A program made the position numbers and the translations under genes. A model generated the notes under the pieces. That model made no database searches. It saw only the letters and a list, made by a program, of their open reading frames with translations, and was not told the DNA's origin. DNA of 64,000 nt. Origin: Synechococcus sp. (GTDB lineage Bacteria > Cyanobacteriota > Cyanobacteriia > PCC-6307 > Cyanobiaceae). Each line of letters begins with the position of its first letter. Positions within the stretch are counted from its first letter, which is position 1. Below are positions 47,463-58,685 of the stretch, one piece after another. The stretch covers positions 544,136 through 608,135 of the forward strand of contig JBJBDC010000001.1 in assembly GCA_047285535.1 (NCBI GenBank), read 5' to 3'.

Positions 47463-48423
47463 TTGACTTTAGCTTTGCCAGCGCTGCTCCGATGTAATAC
47501 CGGCCAAGAATTTCATCGAACTTGAGGCCTTTCGCCGCCAGCCTCTGAGCTCCGTGCTGACTCATGCTGGCTCCTAGATGACTATGCGCTTCAGCGGCAA
47601 TTTCGCTAGTCGAGGCGTAAAGGGATTCAACAAGCCCTCCCTGAAAACTCAGGACGAGCCCTTTAGTCGTTTTGGCAGCTGTTTTTGTAGAAATGTTTTG
47701 GCTTTTGAGTCCCGCATAGACCTGCCATCGCGTTGTATCTCCAAGGTTGAAATCAGAATCAGCTGGCCGAACGAGATGCACTAAAGCGTAGGAACGGGCG
47801 GCGACTGCTTGTGCTTTTAATGCTTCAGGATTCCAGTGACTCGGCATCTCTGCGCCAACTACAGATGCAACATAACTTTCCAAAGAGACCTGGTTAATAG
47901 CCATCCATCCAGCCCCTCTGTTGATAAATAACATCGTCTCTGGATAAGGTCGTTGATTCACTACAACTGCGCCATTCGGGCCTGACTTGCATGTGATCAA
48001 ATGGTTTCGATCACCAGCGAGAATGTTTTGAAGATCGGTTGTATTAATGACATTTCCATTATTAATTGTGCAATTTACTTCGCCAGTTAGAGCAACAGTT
48101 CTTGGTGGAGATTGACTGAGCAGCGCAACCCTTACAACAGGATTTTCTGGAGCTCCCAGAGGAAGGTTGCTGGGTTCTGGTTCAGGCAAGGAATTGAGAG
48201 TGGCTGCAGTCCTGCCTGTACCCCCAGACGAGGGTTGAGTTGAGGACTCGGATGGTTTGAATGCGGTGTTCTCCTCTGGCGAGCTCTCCAGCAACATTTC
48301 AAGGGTGTGCTTTTGAACTCTCTGTTGTTCCAACCGACCCAAGGCAGCGACACTCGTAACCACCATGCTGATCAGTCCCGCAGTGGCGGCCATTCCCAGC
48401 AACAGTGGGGTTAGTTGTCTCAC
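47452..48423 (-). CDS. SpoIID/LytB domain protein (compact)
   Basis: LESYVASVVGAEMPSHW...ALKAQAVAARSY, QVY, MSQHGA, ILGRYY. Confidence 0.88.
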   Translation of the reverse strand: MRQLTPLLLGMAATAGLISMVVTSVAALGRLEQQRVQKHTLEMLLESSPEENTAFKPSESSTQPSSGGTGRTAATLNSLPEPEPSNLPLGAPENPVVRVALLSQSPPRTVALTGEVNCTINNGNVINTTDLQNILAGDRNHLITCKSGPNGAVVVNQRPYPETMLFINRGAGWMAINQVSLESYVASVVGAEMPSHWNPEALKAQAVAARSYALVHLVRPADSDFNLGDTTRWQVYAGLKSQNISTKTAAKTTKGLVLSFQGGLVESLYASTSEIAAEAHSHLGASMSQHGAQRLAAKGLKFDEILGRYYIGAALAKLKSNEL

Positions 48424-48448
48424 TTTCCCTCCAGGTTGGCTTTAGATC

Positions 48449-49177
48449 ATGCCTGAAATCAGCAGAGTTGCTTGGATTGGTCGTGCCTTAATTGTGGGTC
48501 GAGGTGGCATCGGCACGGCCTTAGCAAGGGAACTTCAACGGCGTCAGCCATCTCTCGACGTCATGCTCTGTGGTCGCTCTTCTGGACCCTTGAATGAATG
48601 GCCTGTGGATCTGGAGTGTCCCCATAGTCTCGAGATGCTGTCTCAAAGGCTCCAGGAGGATCACCAGCCCTTGCGATTGGTGATTAATGCCACAGGACTA
48701 CTTCATTCCCCCTCCCTGGCCCCTGAGAAGCGTCTGCAGCAGGTCTGTGCAAGCAATCTGATGGAATCTTTTGCGATCAATGCTGCAGGTCCCTTGCTGC
48801 TGGCCAAAGCAGTCGAACCTGCTTTGCCTCGCCATCTCCCCTTTCATTTTGCGAGCCTCAGTGCTCGTGTTGGAAGCATTGCTGACAACACAAGTGGCGG
48901 TTGGTATGCCTATCGGGGAGCGAAGGCCGCTCAGAACATGTACCTGCGTTCCTTAAGCGTTGAGTGGGCTCGGCGTTATCCCAACACCACAGTGACGCTT
49001 TTGCACCCTGGAACAACGGATACAGCGCTTTCCAAGCCGTTTCAGAACTTTGTCCGTCCCGACACTCTTTTCAGCCCTGATCAAGCCGCTAAAAATCTTC
49101 TCGAGATCCTGCTCAAGCAGACGGTCGCCGATACCGGCCGTTTCCTTGCTTGGGATGGTCAAGAGATCCCTTGGTGA
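48449..49177 (+). CDS. Short-chain dehydrogenase, CsgA/C-factor-like
   Basis: GRGGIG, PEKRL, SARVGSIADN, YAYRGAKAA, LHPGTTDTALS. Confidence 0.9.
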   Translation: MPEISRVAWIGRALIVGRGGIGTALARELQRRQPSLDVMLCGRSSGPLNEWPVDLECPHSLEMLSQRLQEDHQPLRLVINATGLLHSPSLAPEKRLQQVCASNLMESFAINAAGPLLLAKAVEPALPRHLPFHFASLSARVGSIADNTSGGWYAYRGAKAAQNMYLRSLSVEWARRYPNTTVTLLHPGTTDTALSKPFQNFVRPDTLFSPDQAAKNLLEILLKQTVADTGRFLAWDGQEIPW

Positions 49178-49566
49178 GCGTGAGTCTTCAAAATCTCAAG
49201 TGGAATGATCTGTAGTGCAGTTTGATCTGTTGCCTCAAGCCGCACAGGGGGGGCCATCCCATCGTCGTAAGCCTGTTTCCATCTTGGGGCGCAAACACAC
49301 CAATGGTCACCGGTTTTGAGTCCAGGGAAGCCGAATCCTGGAGCTGGTGTGCTCAGGTCATTCCCCTGGGCTTTGCTGTAAGTCAAAAAATTTTCTGACA
49401 TGACACAGCAAACACTGTGTTGACCTAAATCGCTTGGATCGGTTCGGCACAGTCCATCTCGAAACCAACCTGTCATGGGTTCACAACTGCAGCGTTCAAG
49501 CTCTCCACCTAAAACGTTCAGATCGACCTGCTCATCAGGCTTTTGTTGGTGTGGTTTTGAGTCCAT
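49159..49566 (-). CDS. DUF2237 family protein
   Basis: NVLGGEL, PMTGWFRDGLC, GNDLSTP, GDHWCVCAPRW. Confidence 0.88.
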   Translation of the reverse strand: MDSKPHQQKPDEQVDLNVLGGELERCSCEPMTGWFRDGLCRTDPSDLGQHSVCCVMSENFLTYSKAQGNDLSTPAPGFGFPGLKTGDHWCVCAPRWKQAYDDGMAPPVRLEATDQTALQIIPLEILKTHAHQGIS

Positions 49567-49677
49567 TTTGGTGCATCTGCTCTAAGGAGTCTGCCGAATG
49601 ACTGGCACATTCTGAAACGAGATAGTTGACGGATCCAGGGGGTTAGGCGTTAAAGGTCGTTCAGTTATGCCTCCTCG

Positions 49678-49908
49678 ATGGATTGGGAGTTCACTGAAGA
49701 CGCGGCGTTTATCGCCCTCTGCGATTCGTTCCGCGAAAGTGGCGAGTCATCGGCTATGGAGTTCCTCGCCAATGGTGAAGGAGCCTTCCATTTTCAAGAT
49801 CTTGCGCAGAACGCTGCGGGAGAAGGTTTTGATCTCAGCGAATCCAGCGCGCTCGATGATTTTCAGCAGGAAGTCATCGACACCATGGAAAAGCTCTGTC
49901 AAGACTGA
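49678..49908 (+). CDS. Small, very acidic hypothetical protein
   Basis: 76-aa ORF filling the gap; 19 D/E versus 2 K/R. Confidence 0.7.
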   Translation: MDWEFTEDAAFIALCDSFRESGESSAMEFLANGEGAFHFQDLAQNAAGEGFDLSESSALDDFQQEVIDTMEKLCQD

Positions 49909-49938
49909 TCCTGCATAAAGATTCAGTTGGTCAGGGTT

Positions 49939-50232
49939 TTAGCTGTAAAAAAAGCTGATTTCCTTGTTCTTCAGACCATCCCAACCAGCCTTGATCAGCC
50001 GTTGGTTCAGGGTCTCCTGATCGAAATGCTTCGCTCCGGTCTTGACGATGCGGTTGCGCATCGATTTCTTGACACCGCTGCGCGCCCGATGGCTCTCCAG
50101 TTCCATGACCTCCTTGTAGAGCTCAAGCATGGGCTCCGGAATCGGTGTCCCATCGAGATCGAGGCCAGCTTCGATGGCTTCATCGACACCACCGGGTCCT
50201 GCTATTGCCATGGAAAGTCCGTTCTTCAGCAC
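49939..50232 (-). CDS. DUF4090-like cyanobacterial protein
   Basis: GLDLDGTPIP, RARSGVKKSMRNRIVKTGAKH, LKNKEISFF. Confidence 0.75.
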   Translation of the reverse strand: MLKNGLSMAIAGPGGVDEAIEAGLDLDGTPIPEPMLELYKEVMELESHRARSGVKKSMRNRIVKTGAKHFDQETLNQRLIKAGWDGLKNKEISFFYS

Positions 50233-50246
50233 CTCACGTTGGCACG

Positions 50247-53200
50247 TCAGGCGCTGAAGTAACGGGCCTGGCTGTGGAGCGCCACCAGCGCTGTCGTGCT
50301 CTGTTCCGGCTCCAACTGGTCACTGTCGTCCATGGAGAGACCGATCCGTTCAGCACCAAGCCAGTCGAGCTGGGGCCTTGAATCGGCCACATTCGGGCAG
50401 GCGGGATAACCAAAGGAATAGCGGCTGCCGCGGTAGCGCTGGGCGAGAACATCGCGCAGGGCTACCGGTTCATCGCCGCTGAAGCCCAGCTCACGTCGGA
50501 TGCGGGCATGGGTCCACTCCGCCAGTGCTTCGGCCATCTGCACACCCAGGCCGTGGAAATACAGATAATCGCTGTAGCGGTCGGCCTGGAAGAGCTCCCT
50601 GGCGAAGGCACTCGCCTTTTCGCCCATGGTGACGGCCTGCATCGGCAGAACATCGGTGGGGCCGCCTTCGGGAGAGAGATCCCGATAGAAATCACCGATG
50701 CAGTACCTGTTGCCGGAACGCTGCCTGGGTAGTTCGAAGCGACCCAGTTCAACGCTTGGATCATCAGGCTTGAACACGACAACGGCATTGCCATCCCTGC
50801 CGCAGGGGAAATAGCCATAGGCCACTCGCGGGGTCAGCAACTGCTCAGAGCGGGAGCGCTGCAGCCATTCCTGCAGCACGGGCTCGGCCTTCTCCTTGAG
50901 CTGCTGTTCGTACTCCTCACGGCTCTGATCTTTGCTTTTGCGCATCTGCCACTGACCGGCGAAGAGAGCATTGCGATCGAGGTAAGCGAAGACCTCTTCC
51001 AGATTGATCTCCTCTTCTGAAAGCACGCTGGTACCCCAGAACGGAGGCTCCAGGGCCGGCTCCTCCGGCACGGCTTCTGAGCGTTCACGGCTGATGGGAG
51101 CCTTGGGCTTGGCCTCTTCCTCCTTGGCGCTCGAATCAGCAGCTTCAGTCTCACGATTGTTGGCGTCGCCGTTGAGGCCCAGACCTTCTGGAATGGCACC
51201 CAGGAAGCCCTTGTTGTCATCCCATTCACCGCCCTTTTTGGCCTCCACCAGGGCATCCATGAATCGAAGGTCTGCAAAGGCATCACGCCCGTAAATCACC
51301 TGGCCGTCATAGACCTCACGGCAGTCCTTCTGAACAAACCGTGGGGTCAGTGCAGCACCGCCGAGAATCACCGGAACGGAAATACCGGCTTCATTGAAAG
51401 CCTGCAGGTTGTCCTTCATGAAAGCGGTTGATTTCACCAGCAGACCACTCATGGCGATGCAATCAGCCTGGTGCGACTGCTGAGCTTCGATGATGGCTTC
51501 TACTGATTGTTTGATCCCGAGATTGACAACCTCATAGCCGTTATTGGTGAGGATGATGTCAACCAGGTTCTTGCCGATATCGTGAACATCACCCTTGACC
51601 GTTGCGATCAGGAATTTGGCTTTAGCTGAACTTTCCCCCTCACTTTTCTCCATATGGGGTTCGAGATAGGCCACCGCGCTTTTCATGGTTTCCGCGCTCT
51701 GGAGCACAAAAGGCAGCTGCATCTGGCCTGAACCAAACAGTTCTCCCACCACTTTCATGCCATCGAGCAAGAACGTGTTCACGATCTCCAGGGGCTTGTA
51801 TTGGCTAAGGCCCTCGTCAAGGGCCGGTTCCAGACCGATGCGCTCGCCATCGATGATGTGCTGCTTCAGTCGCTCTTCAACGGGGAGATCTGCCAGAGAG
51901 GGTCCCGAAGCCCGGGCGTCCTTGGTGGTGACACCTTCAAACAGCGTGGTGAGTTCAGTCAGCGGGTCGTAGGTGCAGACATCGCCGTCAAATCGGCGCC
52001 GGTCATTGATCAGGTCACGGCAGACCTGCTGATGTTCCTCGCTGATCTTCATCAGCGGCAGGATCTTGGCAGGGCTAACGATGGCTGCATCCATTCCCGC
52101 CTGACAGCAGTCATGCAGAAAGACGGAGTTGAGGGTGATCCGAGCCGCTGGAGAGAGCCCGAAGCTGATATTGCTCACGCCAAGAACCACATGGACACCG
52201 GGCAATTCCGTGGTGATCCGCCGGATGGCTTCGACGGTTTCACAGCCATTGCGGCGGTCCTCCTCGATGCCTGTTGAGATCGGCAGCGCCAGAGGGTCGT
52301 AGAAGATCTCGTGGGCGGGGATCCCGAATTCGACGGCATCCCTGTAAGCACGCTGGGCAATGGCGAACTTGCGCTCCGCTGTCCGTGCCATGCCGTCTTC
52401 ATCGATGGTTCCGATCACCACCCCAGCGCCATAGGTGCGCGCTAATTCCAAAACCTTGAAGAAGCGTTCGTCGCCGTCCTCGTAATTCGTTGAGTTCAGC
52501 AGGCATTTGCCACCGGCCACCTTGAGGCCGGCTTCCATCTTTTGCCACTCGGTGGAATCGAGCATCAATGGCAAGTTGACGTTGGTGACCAAACGGCTCA
52601 CCAGGTCATGCATATCCTTTTCGCCATCACGACCCACGTAGTCGACATTCACATCAAGTACGTGGGCGTTCTCCTTCACCTGGCCGCGAGCAACGGCCAC
52701 CAACCCATCCCAGTCCTCAGCGTTGAGCAGCTCCCTGACTTTCTTGGAGCCGCTGGCGTTGAGCCGTTCACCGATGATCAGGAATGAGTTGTCCTGGTGA
52801 TACGGCGTTGTTCCGTAAATCGAGGAGACGGAGGCTTCAGCCCCAAGCAGGGGACGTTCTTTGTTGAGAAGTGGGGTTCTTACCGACCGGTCAGCCGGAC
52901 GCATTTCCTGCGACAGTTCGGAGAGAGCAGCAATGTGGGCGGGGGTGGTGCCACAGCAGCCGCCGATCACCTGAACGCCGAGATCTTCGATGAAGTGGTG
53001 CATTGCCATCTTCATCTCGACCGGAGTCAAGCGGTAGTGGGCAACACCACCAATGTTCTCTGGCAACCCCGCGTTGGGAATGCAGCTCACCACAAAGGGG
53101 GCATGGGCACTGAGATATTTGACGTGCTCCTTCATCTGCTCGGGACCGGTGGCGCAGTTCAGCCCGAGAACATCAATGGGGAAAGGCTCAAGGATCGACA

Positions 53201-53867
53201 CCACCGCTGCGATGTCGGAGCCGACGAGCATCGTGCCGGTGGTTTCCATCGTGACGCTGACCATCAACGGCCGCCGTTCACCGGCCACTGCAAAAGCTTG
53301 TTCAATGCCAGCCAGAGCCGCCTTGATCTGCAGGGGATCCTGACAAGTCTCGATGATGAAAAGGTCCACATCACCTGCCAGCAAGCCCCTAGCCTGCTGG
53401 GCGAAGGAATCCCTCATCTCATCGAACCCCACATGGCCGAGGGTCGGCAGCTTCGTGGTGGGGCCCATCGATCCCGCCACAAAGCGTGGTTTCTCAGGAG
53501 TGCTGTAGCGATCAGCCATTTCCCTTGCCAACCGTGCAGCCTGAACATTGAGTTCGTAGGCTTGGTCTTGCAGGTCGTATTCAGCTAGTACCAGTGAGGT
53601 GGCACCGAACGTATCGGTTTCGATTACATCGCACCCCGCCTCAAGGAACTGCCGATGGACGTCCTGCACAGCATCGGGCCTTGTTACGACAAGATTCTCG
53701 TTACAGCCTTCGAGGGCGGCACCACCAAAGTCATCAGGACCGAGATCCATCTGTTGCAGTGAAGTGCCCGTGGCACCGTCGAACACCAAAACCGGGCGTA
53801 TCGGATCATGCAGACGCTTTAAAAAGCGGGATGTGAGCAAATTTGTTGTTTCACTATCTGCCTGCAT
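50247..53867 (-). CDS. metH: Cobalamin-dependent methionine synthase
   Basis: [29 protein letters not shown]12-binding [18 protein letters not shown]. Confidence 0.98.
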   Translation of the reverse strand: MQADSETTNLLTSRFLKRLHDPIRPVLVFDGATGTSLQQMDLGPDDFGGAALEGCNENLVVTRPDAVQDVHRQFLEAGCDVIETDTFGATSLVLAEYDLQDQAYELNVQAARLAREMADRYSTPEKPRFVAGSMGPTTKLPTLGHVGFDEMRDSFAQQARGLLAGDVDLFIIETCQDPLQIKAALAGIEQAFAVAGERRPLMVSVTMETTGTMLVGSDIAAVVSILEPFPIDVLGLNCATGPEQMKEHVKYLSAHAPFVVSCIPNAGLPENIGGVAHYRLTPVEMKMAMHHFIEDLGVQVIGGCCGTTPAHIAALSELSQEMRPADRSVRTPLLNKERPLLGAEASVSSIYGTTPYHQDNSFLIIGERLNASGSKKVRELLNAEDWDGLVAVARGQVKENAHVLDVNVDYVGRDGEKDMHDLVSRLVTNVNLPLMLDSTEWQKMEAGLKVAGGKCLLNSTNYEDGDERFFKVLELARTYGAGVVIGTIDEDGMARTAERKFAIAQRAYRDAVEFGIPAHEIFYDPLALPISTGIEEDRRNGCETVEAIRRITTELPGVHVVLGVSNISFGLSPAARITLNSVFLHDCCQAGMDAAIVSPAKILPLMKISEEHQQVCRDLINDRRRFDGDVCTYDPLTELTTLFEGVTTKDARASGPSLADLPVEERLKQHIIDGERIGLEPALDEGLSQYKPLEIVNTFLLDGMKVVGELFGSGQMQLPFVLQSAETMKSAVAYLEPHMEKSEGESSAKAKFLIATVKGDVHDIGKNLVDIILTNNGYEVVNLGIKQSVEAIIEAQQSHQADCIAMSGLLVKSTAFMKDNLQAFNEAGISVPVILGGAALTPRFVQKDCREVYDGQVIYGRDAFADLRFMDALVEAKKGGEWDDNKGFLGAIPEGLGLNGDANNRETEAADSSAKEEEAKPKAPISRERSEAVPEEPALEPPFWGTSVLSEEEINLEEVFAYLDRNALFAGQWQMRKSKDQSREEYEQQLKEKAEPVLQEWLQRSRSEQLLTPRVAYGYFPCGRDGNAVVVFKPDDPSVELGRFELPRQRSGNRYCIGDFYRDLSPEGGPTDVLPMQAVTMGEKASAFARELFQADRYSDYLYFHGLGVQMAEALAEWTHARIRRELGFSGDEPVALRDVLAQRYRGSRYSFGYPACPNVADSRPQLDWLGAERIGLSMDDSDQLEPEQSTTALVALHSQARYFSA

Positions 53868-53926
53868 CGATTGGCCGCTTCTCTCAAGGGATTCTATTTA
53901 TCGCACTCTGATCCAAAGCCTTATCT

Positions 53927-54844
53927 CTAAGCCTTGAGTTCGATCCTGGTAATCCAATGGCTGAATTCAGCGTCTCTCCCCTCCGTAATCGACACCAGAC
54001 GCTCTCTTAAAGCATTCATCACCGGTCGGTGTGTCGGTAGAACGGTGGATTCAAGTTGACGAATCGGAGTGATTTTCGCCGCAGTGCCAGTGAGGAACAC
54101 TTCATCAGCGATGAATAGCTCGGTTTTATCGACAGGTCGCTCTATTACATTTAGGCCTATGTGTTTAGCCAATTCAATGACACTTGAACGGGTGATTCCT
54201 TCAAGAATGTCTTGATCAACTCCAGGAGTGATCAGATCACCGTCGCGCACTAAGAAAAGGTTCATCCCGCTGGCCTCGCTGACTTTTCCCCGAGTATTCA
54301 TGAGGAGAGCTTCGTCAAAACCGCTTGTCACGGCTTCTGTTTTAGCCAAGGAGCTTGTGATGTAGGCACCACTGATTTTTCCACGAAGAGGCAAAGAGCG
54401 ATCCTCTTGCCTGGTCCAACTACTGATCCGACAGCTCACTCCATCTGGAGAGAGGTAATCGCCTAGCTCTAATCCGTAAATAAGAAAATCAGTTTCAATG
54501 TTGTGAAGACGGGGCGCGATGCCTAAATCACTTGTGTAAACAAAAGGTCTTAGGTAAATGGGAGTACTGGGCTGGTTTGCCCTGAGCATGGTGACAAGTG
54601 CCGTCATCACTGTCTCTTCCGTGAGATCAGAGAGCAGGAGCTTTGCACTTTGCGACAGCCTTTTTGCATGCCGTTCAGGGCGAAAGAGCAACATGCCGTC
54701 TGGTTTATCGGGATCCGGAATGGCTCGCATGCCACCGAAGGCTCCTGTTCCGTAGTGCAGAGCATGCGTGGCAATCGACACTTTGGCCTGGTCAAACGGC
54801 ATGCAGCGGCCTTCAAACCAGGCATAGGGAAGGAACTGGTGCAT
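53927..54844 (-). CDS. ilvE: Branched-chain amino acid aminotransferase
   Basis: HALHYGTG, KISGAY, GFDEAL, ILEGITR, FLTGTAA. Confidence 0.93.
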   Translation of the reverse strand: MHQFLPYAWFEGRCMPFDQAKVSIATHALHYGTGAFGGMRAIPDPDKPDGMLLFRPERHAKRLSQSAKLLLSDLTEETVMTALVTMLRANQPSTPIYLRPFVYTSDLGIAPRLHNIETDFLIYGLELGDYLSPDGVSCRISSWTRQEDRSLPLRGKISGAYITSSLAKTEAVTSGFDEALLMNTRGKVSEASGMNLFLVRDGDLITPGVDQDILEGITRSSVIELAKHIGLNVIERPVDKTELFIADEVFLTGTAAKITPIRQLESTVLPTHRPVMNALRERLVSITEGRDAEFSHWITRIELKA

Positions 54845-54920
54845 CGCTAACCGGTCAATAACAAAATTTTCTCACTCGCCTCGTTCTGCTGGCGTGATGC
54901 CATTGGTCAAGAATGGAGGA

Positions 54921-57900
54921 ATGCATCGACTGAGCAGTCTTCCAGGCGCAGAAAGCAACGAGGTTTTCACCGTTGTCGAGCAATCCCCTGCACCTGTTCT
55001 TTTCCTGACAAGCGCGACCACAGATATCAGCACCCTTGCAGCCTGTGTCAGGCAATCACACATGGGGTACTGGAGGGAGAAATTACGAGCTTTGCCTCTC
55101 TCTTGTCTTCAACATCCAGCTCAAATTGACCACTATTTAGCCACGACGGGAAGCACTGCTTGTGTCCTTGTTGTTCGTCTGCTGGGAGGACGTGGTCACT
55201 GGAGTTATGGACTTGAACAATGTCGAGTTTGGCAAGCTTCTGCTCAGAGGCGCAGCTTGCTGATTCTGGCTGGAACAGCAGATCAAAACCAAGAACTCCA
55301 TCCAATTGGCTCGATTTCATCCACCCTTTCCCATCAGTTGGCCCTGTTGTTGCGAGAAGGAGGTGTCATCAATATGACCAGGTTTTTATGCGCCATACAT
55401 CCCTTCATTACCAGCGGCCAAGAGCCTGAACCCCGAACCGAATCCCTGTCTCTTGAACCCGAACGCATGGCAGATCCAGCCCGGTTCGATTGGAAAAGTG
55501 AATCAGGCCCAAGGGTCGGTGTCCTGCTTTACCGCGCCCATGTCCGTTCAGCTGATACCGAATGGTGCCAAGAGCTTTTGAAGGCTTTGAGACACCGTGG
55601 ATTAGTACCTCGAGCCCTTTGGGTCAGCAGTGTCAGAGATCCCGTTATTCAAGAGGCTGTACTGCGTGAGTTTCAAGCTCAAAAGGTTCAAGTAGTGGTC
55701 AGCACCACGGCCTTTGCCTCTGTGCAGTTTCAAGAAGCCGGGTTCGGTGCTCCCCTTTGGGACGATCTTGATTGTCCTGTGTTGCAGCTCCTCACGTCCG
55801 GACGCTCAAAGCAGTCCTGGGAAGCGACCTCTCAGGGGCTGGATCCTATTGATCTCTCTCTTCAAGTTGTGCTTCCAGAGTTGGATGGACGGATCACCAC
55901 GAGAATTGGTGCATTCCGGGAAGTGCTGGAAACTGAGTCCAGTTTGTCTACGGCGATCAAAGGTTTGGTTCCCAACCTTGCGGGACTGGATTGGTTAGCA
56001 GACCATGCCCGTTGCTGGGTTGATCTACGTCAAACAAGAGCAACACAAAAGTCTGTGGCACTGGTGGTGGCGAATTACCCCGTGCGTAATGGTCGTTTGG
56101 CAAACGGCGTCGGACTCGATACGCCAGCAAGCACTCTGAACATCCTGAATTGGCTTGCTGAAGCCGGGGTGGATCTTGGTTCTGACCCTCTTCCTAATGG
56201 GTCCCAGGCGCTCATGGCCCAGCTTCTCTCCAGTCGTACTAACGATCCAGAGAGCTCGCACCTTCAGCCTCTGGCCTACATCTCGCTCAACCGCTATTTG
56301 CGCTGGTGGCGAAGGCTCACCTCTGAAGCTCGAGCCGTGATTGAACAGCGCTGGGGGTCGCCGGAACAGGCGGTAGACCTGGAGGAGAAAGGCTTTGCAG
56401 TGCATGGCCTGAGGTTTGGCCATGTGGCAGTTCTGATCCAGCCCAGTCGTGGCTATGACCCCGATCAAATCAGCGATCTTCATTCTCCTGATCTACCTCC
56501 TCCCCATCGCTATTTGGCTCAATATCTCTGGTTGCAGGAGGTGCATCGAACCCAGTTGCTTGTTCATGTCGGGAAACATGGCAGCGCTGAATGGTTACCA
56601 GGCAAGTCTGTTGGTTTGAGTGAAGCGTGTGGCCCAGGGCTTGCCCTCGCTCCGATCCCTCACATTTATCCATTCATCGTGAATGATCCAGGCGAGGGAT
56701 CTCAGGCCAAACGTCGGGGTCATGCGGTGATCCTTGATCACCTCACACCTCCGCTGGGAAAGGCTGGACTCCATGGTTCACTCCTTGCTTTGGAAGCCCT
56801 GCTTGACGAATACGTGGAGGCAAGGCAAGTCGCAGCCTCCCGTTGCGATGTCCTTGAACAGCAACTCAGATTGTTGCTGAAAGGCCTTGATTGGCCCTCA
56901 TTGCCGGAGCAATCGAGCAATCAACTCAACCCAGGTCAACAAGCTGATGACGCCTGGGGCCTTTGTCTTGATCAAGTTGAGACCTACCTTTGCGAGTTGA
57001 AAGAGGCTCAAATCAGAACAGGCTTGCATTGTTTAGGAACACAGCCAGAGCCATCGATTCAAAGAGAACTTCTTTTGGCCATTGCTCGATCACCATCTGC
57101 TCGCTGTCAAGGCCTCACGCAAACGATGGCCAAAGTCATTGGTCTGGAATGCGATCCATGGTCAGATGAAGATGGGGCACTTCTGAGCAGTCACGATTCC
57201 AGGATCCTTCAACAACTTGGATGCGAGCAAAACAGGCGAGTGTCTGCCGCAGTGAGTTGGCTGGATGATCAAGCTCTTCTTTTACTGGAACACCTTTCTG
57301 GAGATACCTCGGCACCCCTGTCACCCGCTTTCCATGAATGGCTTCAAGACAACAGTGATCCTTGTTTAGAGCGCCTCCAAACTGAATTAATACCAAAATT
57401 GTTGGCTTGTGGCTCCAGTGAAAAACAAGCTTTCTTAGCGGCATTGGATGGTCGTCGTATCGCGAGTGGACCTTCCGGTGCACCAACGCGTGCTCGTCCG
57501 GATGTATTGCCGACTGGACGTAATTTTTATTCCGTTGATCTGAGGGGTCTTCCAACCGAAGCGGCCTGGGATCTTGGCCGTCGTAGTGCTGAACAGTTGC
57601 TGGATCTGTATCGGCTCGAAGAAGGCGAACCTTTGCTGCATCTTGCTCTCTCTGTTTGGGGCACAGCAACCATGCGCAATGGGGGAGAAGATATTGCTCA
57701 GATGCTTGCGCTGCTTGGGGTTCGCCCTCTCTGGGATGGTCCGACGAGGCGAATGGTTGACCTTGAAGTCATTCCTTTGAGTGTCTTGGCTCGTCCCAGG
57801 GTGGATGTCACGTTGAGGATGTCAGGACTGTTTCGAGACGCCTTCCCTCAGCTCGTGGCTTGGGTGGATCGCGCATTACAGATGGTCTCCAATCTTGATG

Positions 57901-58685
57901 AACCCGACGTTGACAATCCGCTTGCCGCCATCACACGCCGTGACGGTCCTCAATCCAGGATTTTCGGGTCTGCACCGGGTGCTTATGGAGCCGGATTGCA
58001 AGCGTTGATCGATTCAGGCCAATGGGAGAGCCAAGCTGAACTGGGAGAGGCTTTTTTGGCATGGAGTTCTTGGAGCTATGACGGACACGTGAATGCCCAT
58101 GCCAATCGTTCTGGTTTAGAAAAGGCGTTCCGTCATGTGCAGGTCGTACTCCATAACCAGGACAATCGTGAACATGACGTACTCGATTCAGACGACTACT
58201 ACCAATTTCATGGGGGAATGACTGCTGCTGTGCGTCGTTCCGGTGGATCAGGCGTTAAACCCCTGATTGCTGATCATTCTCGTCACGAGCGACTTCGAAT
58301 TCATTCACTCAGCCGCGAAATTGACAAAGTGGTGAGAAGCCGTCTTCTGAATCCTCGCTGGATCGAAGGCATGCAAAAGCACGGATACAAGGGTGCTTTT
58401 GAAATGGGTGCAAGCCTCGATTATTTATTTGCCTACGACGCTTCCACCGATGCCGTTCCTGATTGGTGTTACGGGGCCATCTGTGACCAATGGCTGCTTG
58501 AACCCGAGATTCAAGCCTTTTTAAGCCGAGCGAATCCCTGGGTGCTTAGGGACATGGCGGAACGCTTGTTAGAGGCGGCTAATCGAGATCTATGGACCAA
58601 ACCATCCCCTGATCAGCTGGTGAAACTGAGGGGATTGGTGCTTCATGCAGAAGAAGCGGTCGAGAAAGGAGGCCTTAGCTGTTGA
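54921..58685 (+). CDS. cobN: Cobaltochelatase subunit CobN
   Basis: MHRL start, PELDGRI, HVGKHGSAEWLPGK, LPTGRNFYSVD, HDVLDSDDYYQFHGG. Confidence 0.96.
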   Translation: MHRLSSLPGAESNEVFTVVEQSPAPVLFLTSATTDISTLAACVRQSHMGYWREKLRALPLSCLQHPAQIDHYLATTGSTACVLVVRLLGGRGHWSYGLEQCRVWQASAQRRSLLILAGTADQNQELHPIGSISSTLSHQLALLLREGGVINMTRFLCAIHPFITSGQEPEPRTESLSLEPERMADPARFDWKSESGPRVGVLLYRAHVRSADTEWCQELLKALRHRGLVPRALWVSSVRDPVIQEAVLREFQAQKVQVVVSTTAFASVQFQEAGFGAPLWDDLDCPVLQLLTSGRSKQSWEATSQGLDPIDLSLQVVLPELDGRITTRIGAFREVLETESSLSTAIKGLVPNLAGLDWLADHARCWVDLRQTRATQKSVALVVANYPVRNGRLANGVGLDTPASTLNILNWLAEAGVDLGSDPLPNGSQALMAQLLSSRTNDPESSHLQPLAYISLNRYLRWWRRLTSEARAVIEQRWGSPEQAVDLEEKGFAVHGLRFGHVAVLIQPSRGYDPDQISDLHSPDLPPPHRYLAQYLWLQEVHRTQLLVHVGKHGSAEWLPGKSVGLSEACGPGLALAPIPHIYPFIVNDPGEGSQAKRRGHAVILDHLTPPLGKAGLHGSLLALEALLDEYVEARQVAASRCDVLEQQLRLLLKGLDWPSLPEQSSNQLNPGQQADDAWGLCLDQVETYLCELKEAQIRTGLHCLGTQPEPSIQRELLLAIARSPSARCQGLTQTMAKVIGLECDPWSDEDGALLSSHDSRILQQLGCEQNRRVSAAVSWLDDQALLLLEHLSGDTSAPLSPAFHEWLQDNSDPCLERLQTELIPKLLACGSSEKQAFLAALDGRRIASGPSGAPTRARPDVLPTGRNFYSVDLRGLPTEAAWDLGRRSAEQLLDLYRLEEGEPLLHLALSVWGTATMRNGGEDIAQMLALLGVRPLWDGPTRRMVDLEVIPLSVLARPRVDVTLRMSGLFRDAFPQLVAWVDRALQMVSNLDEPDVDNPLAAITRRDGPQSRIFGSAPGAYGAGLQALIDSGQWESQAELGEAFLAWSSWSYDGHVNAHANRSGLEKAFRHVQVVLHNQDNREHDVLDSDDYYQFHGGMTAAVRRSGGSGVKPLIADHSRHERLRIHSLSREIDKVVRSRLLNPRWIEGMQKHGYKGAFEMGASLDYLFAYDASTDAVPDWCYGAICDQWLLEPEIQAFLSRANPWVLRDMAERLLEAANRDLWTKPSPDQLVKLRGLVLHAEEAVEKGGLSC

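Noticed and set aside
52797..53588. 263-aa antisense ORF and other off-frame ORFs inside metH
   Set aside because: Expected shadow ORFs of GC-rich coding sequence; no recognisable motifs
53868..53926. Cobalamin riboswitch upstream of metH (or cobN)
   Set aside because: Spacers are under 80 bp, too short, and lack B12-box features
13161..58685. Many short convergent 3' overlaps (psb30/ClC, CCB/LptC, pheT/rlmD, SDR/DUF2237, cobN/ApcI-like)
   Set aside because: Routine for compact picocyanobacterial genomes
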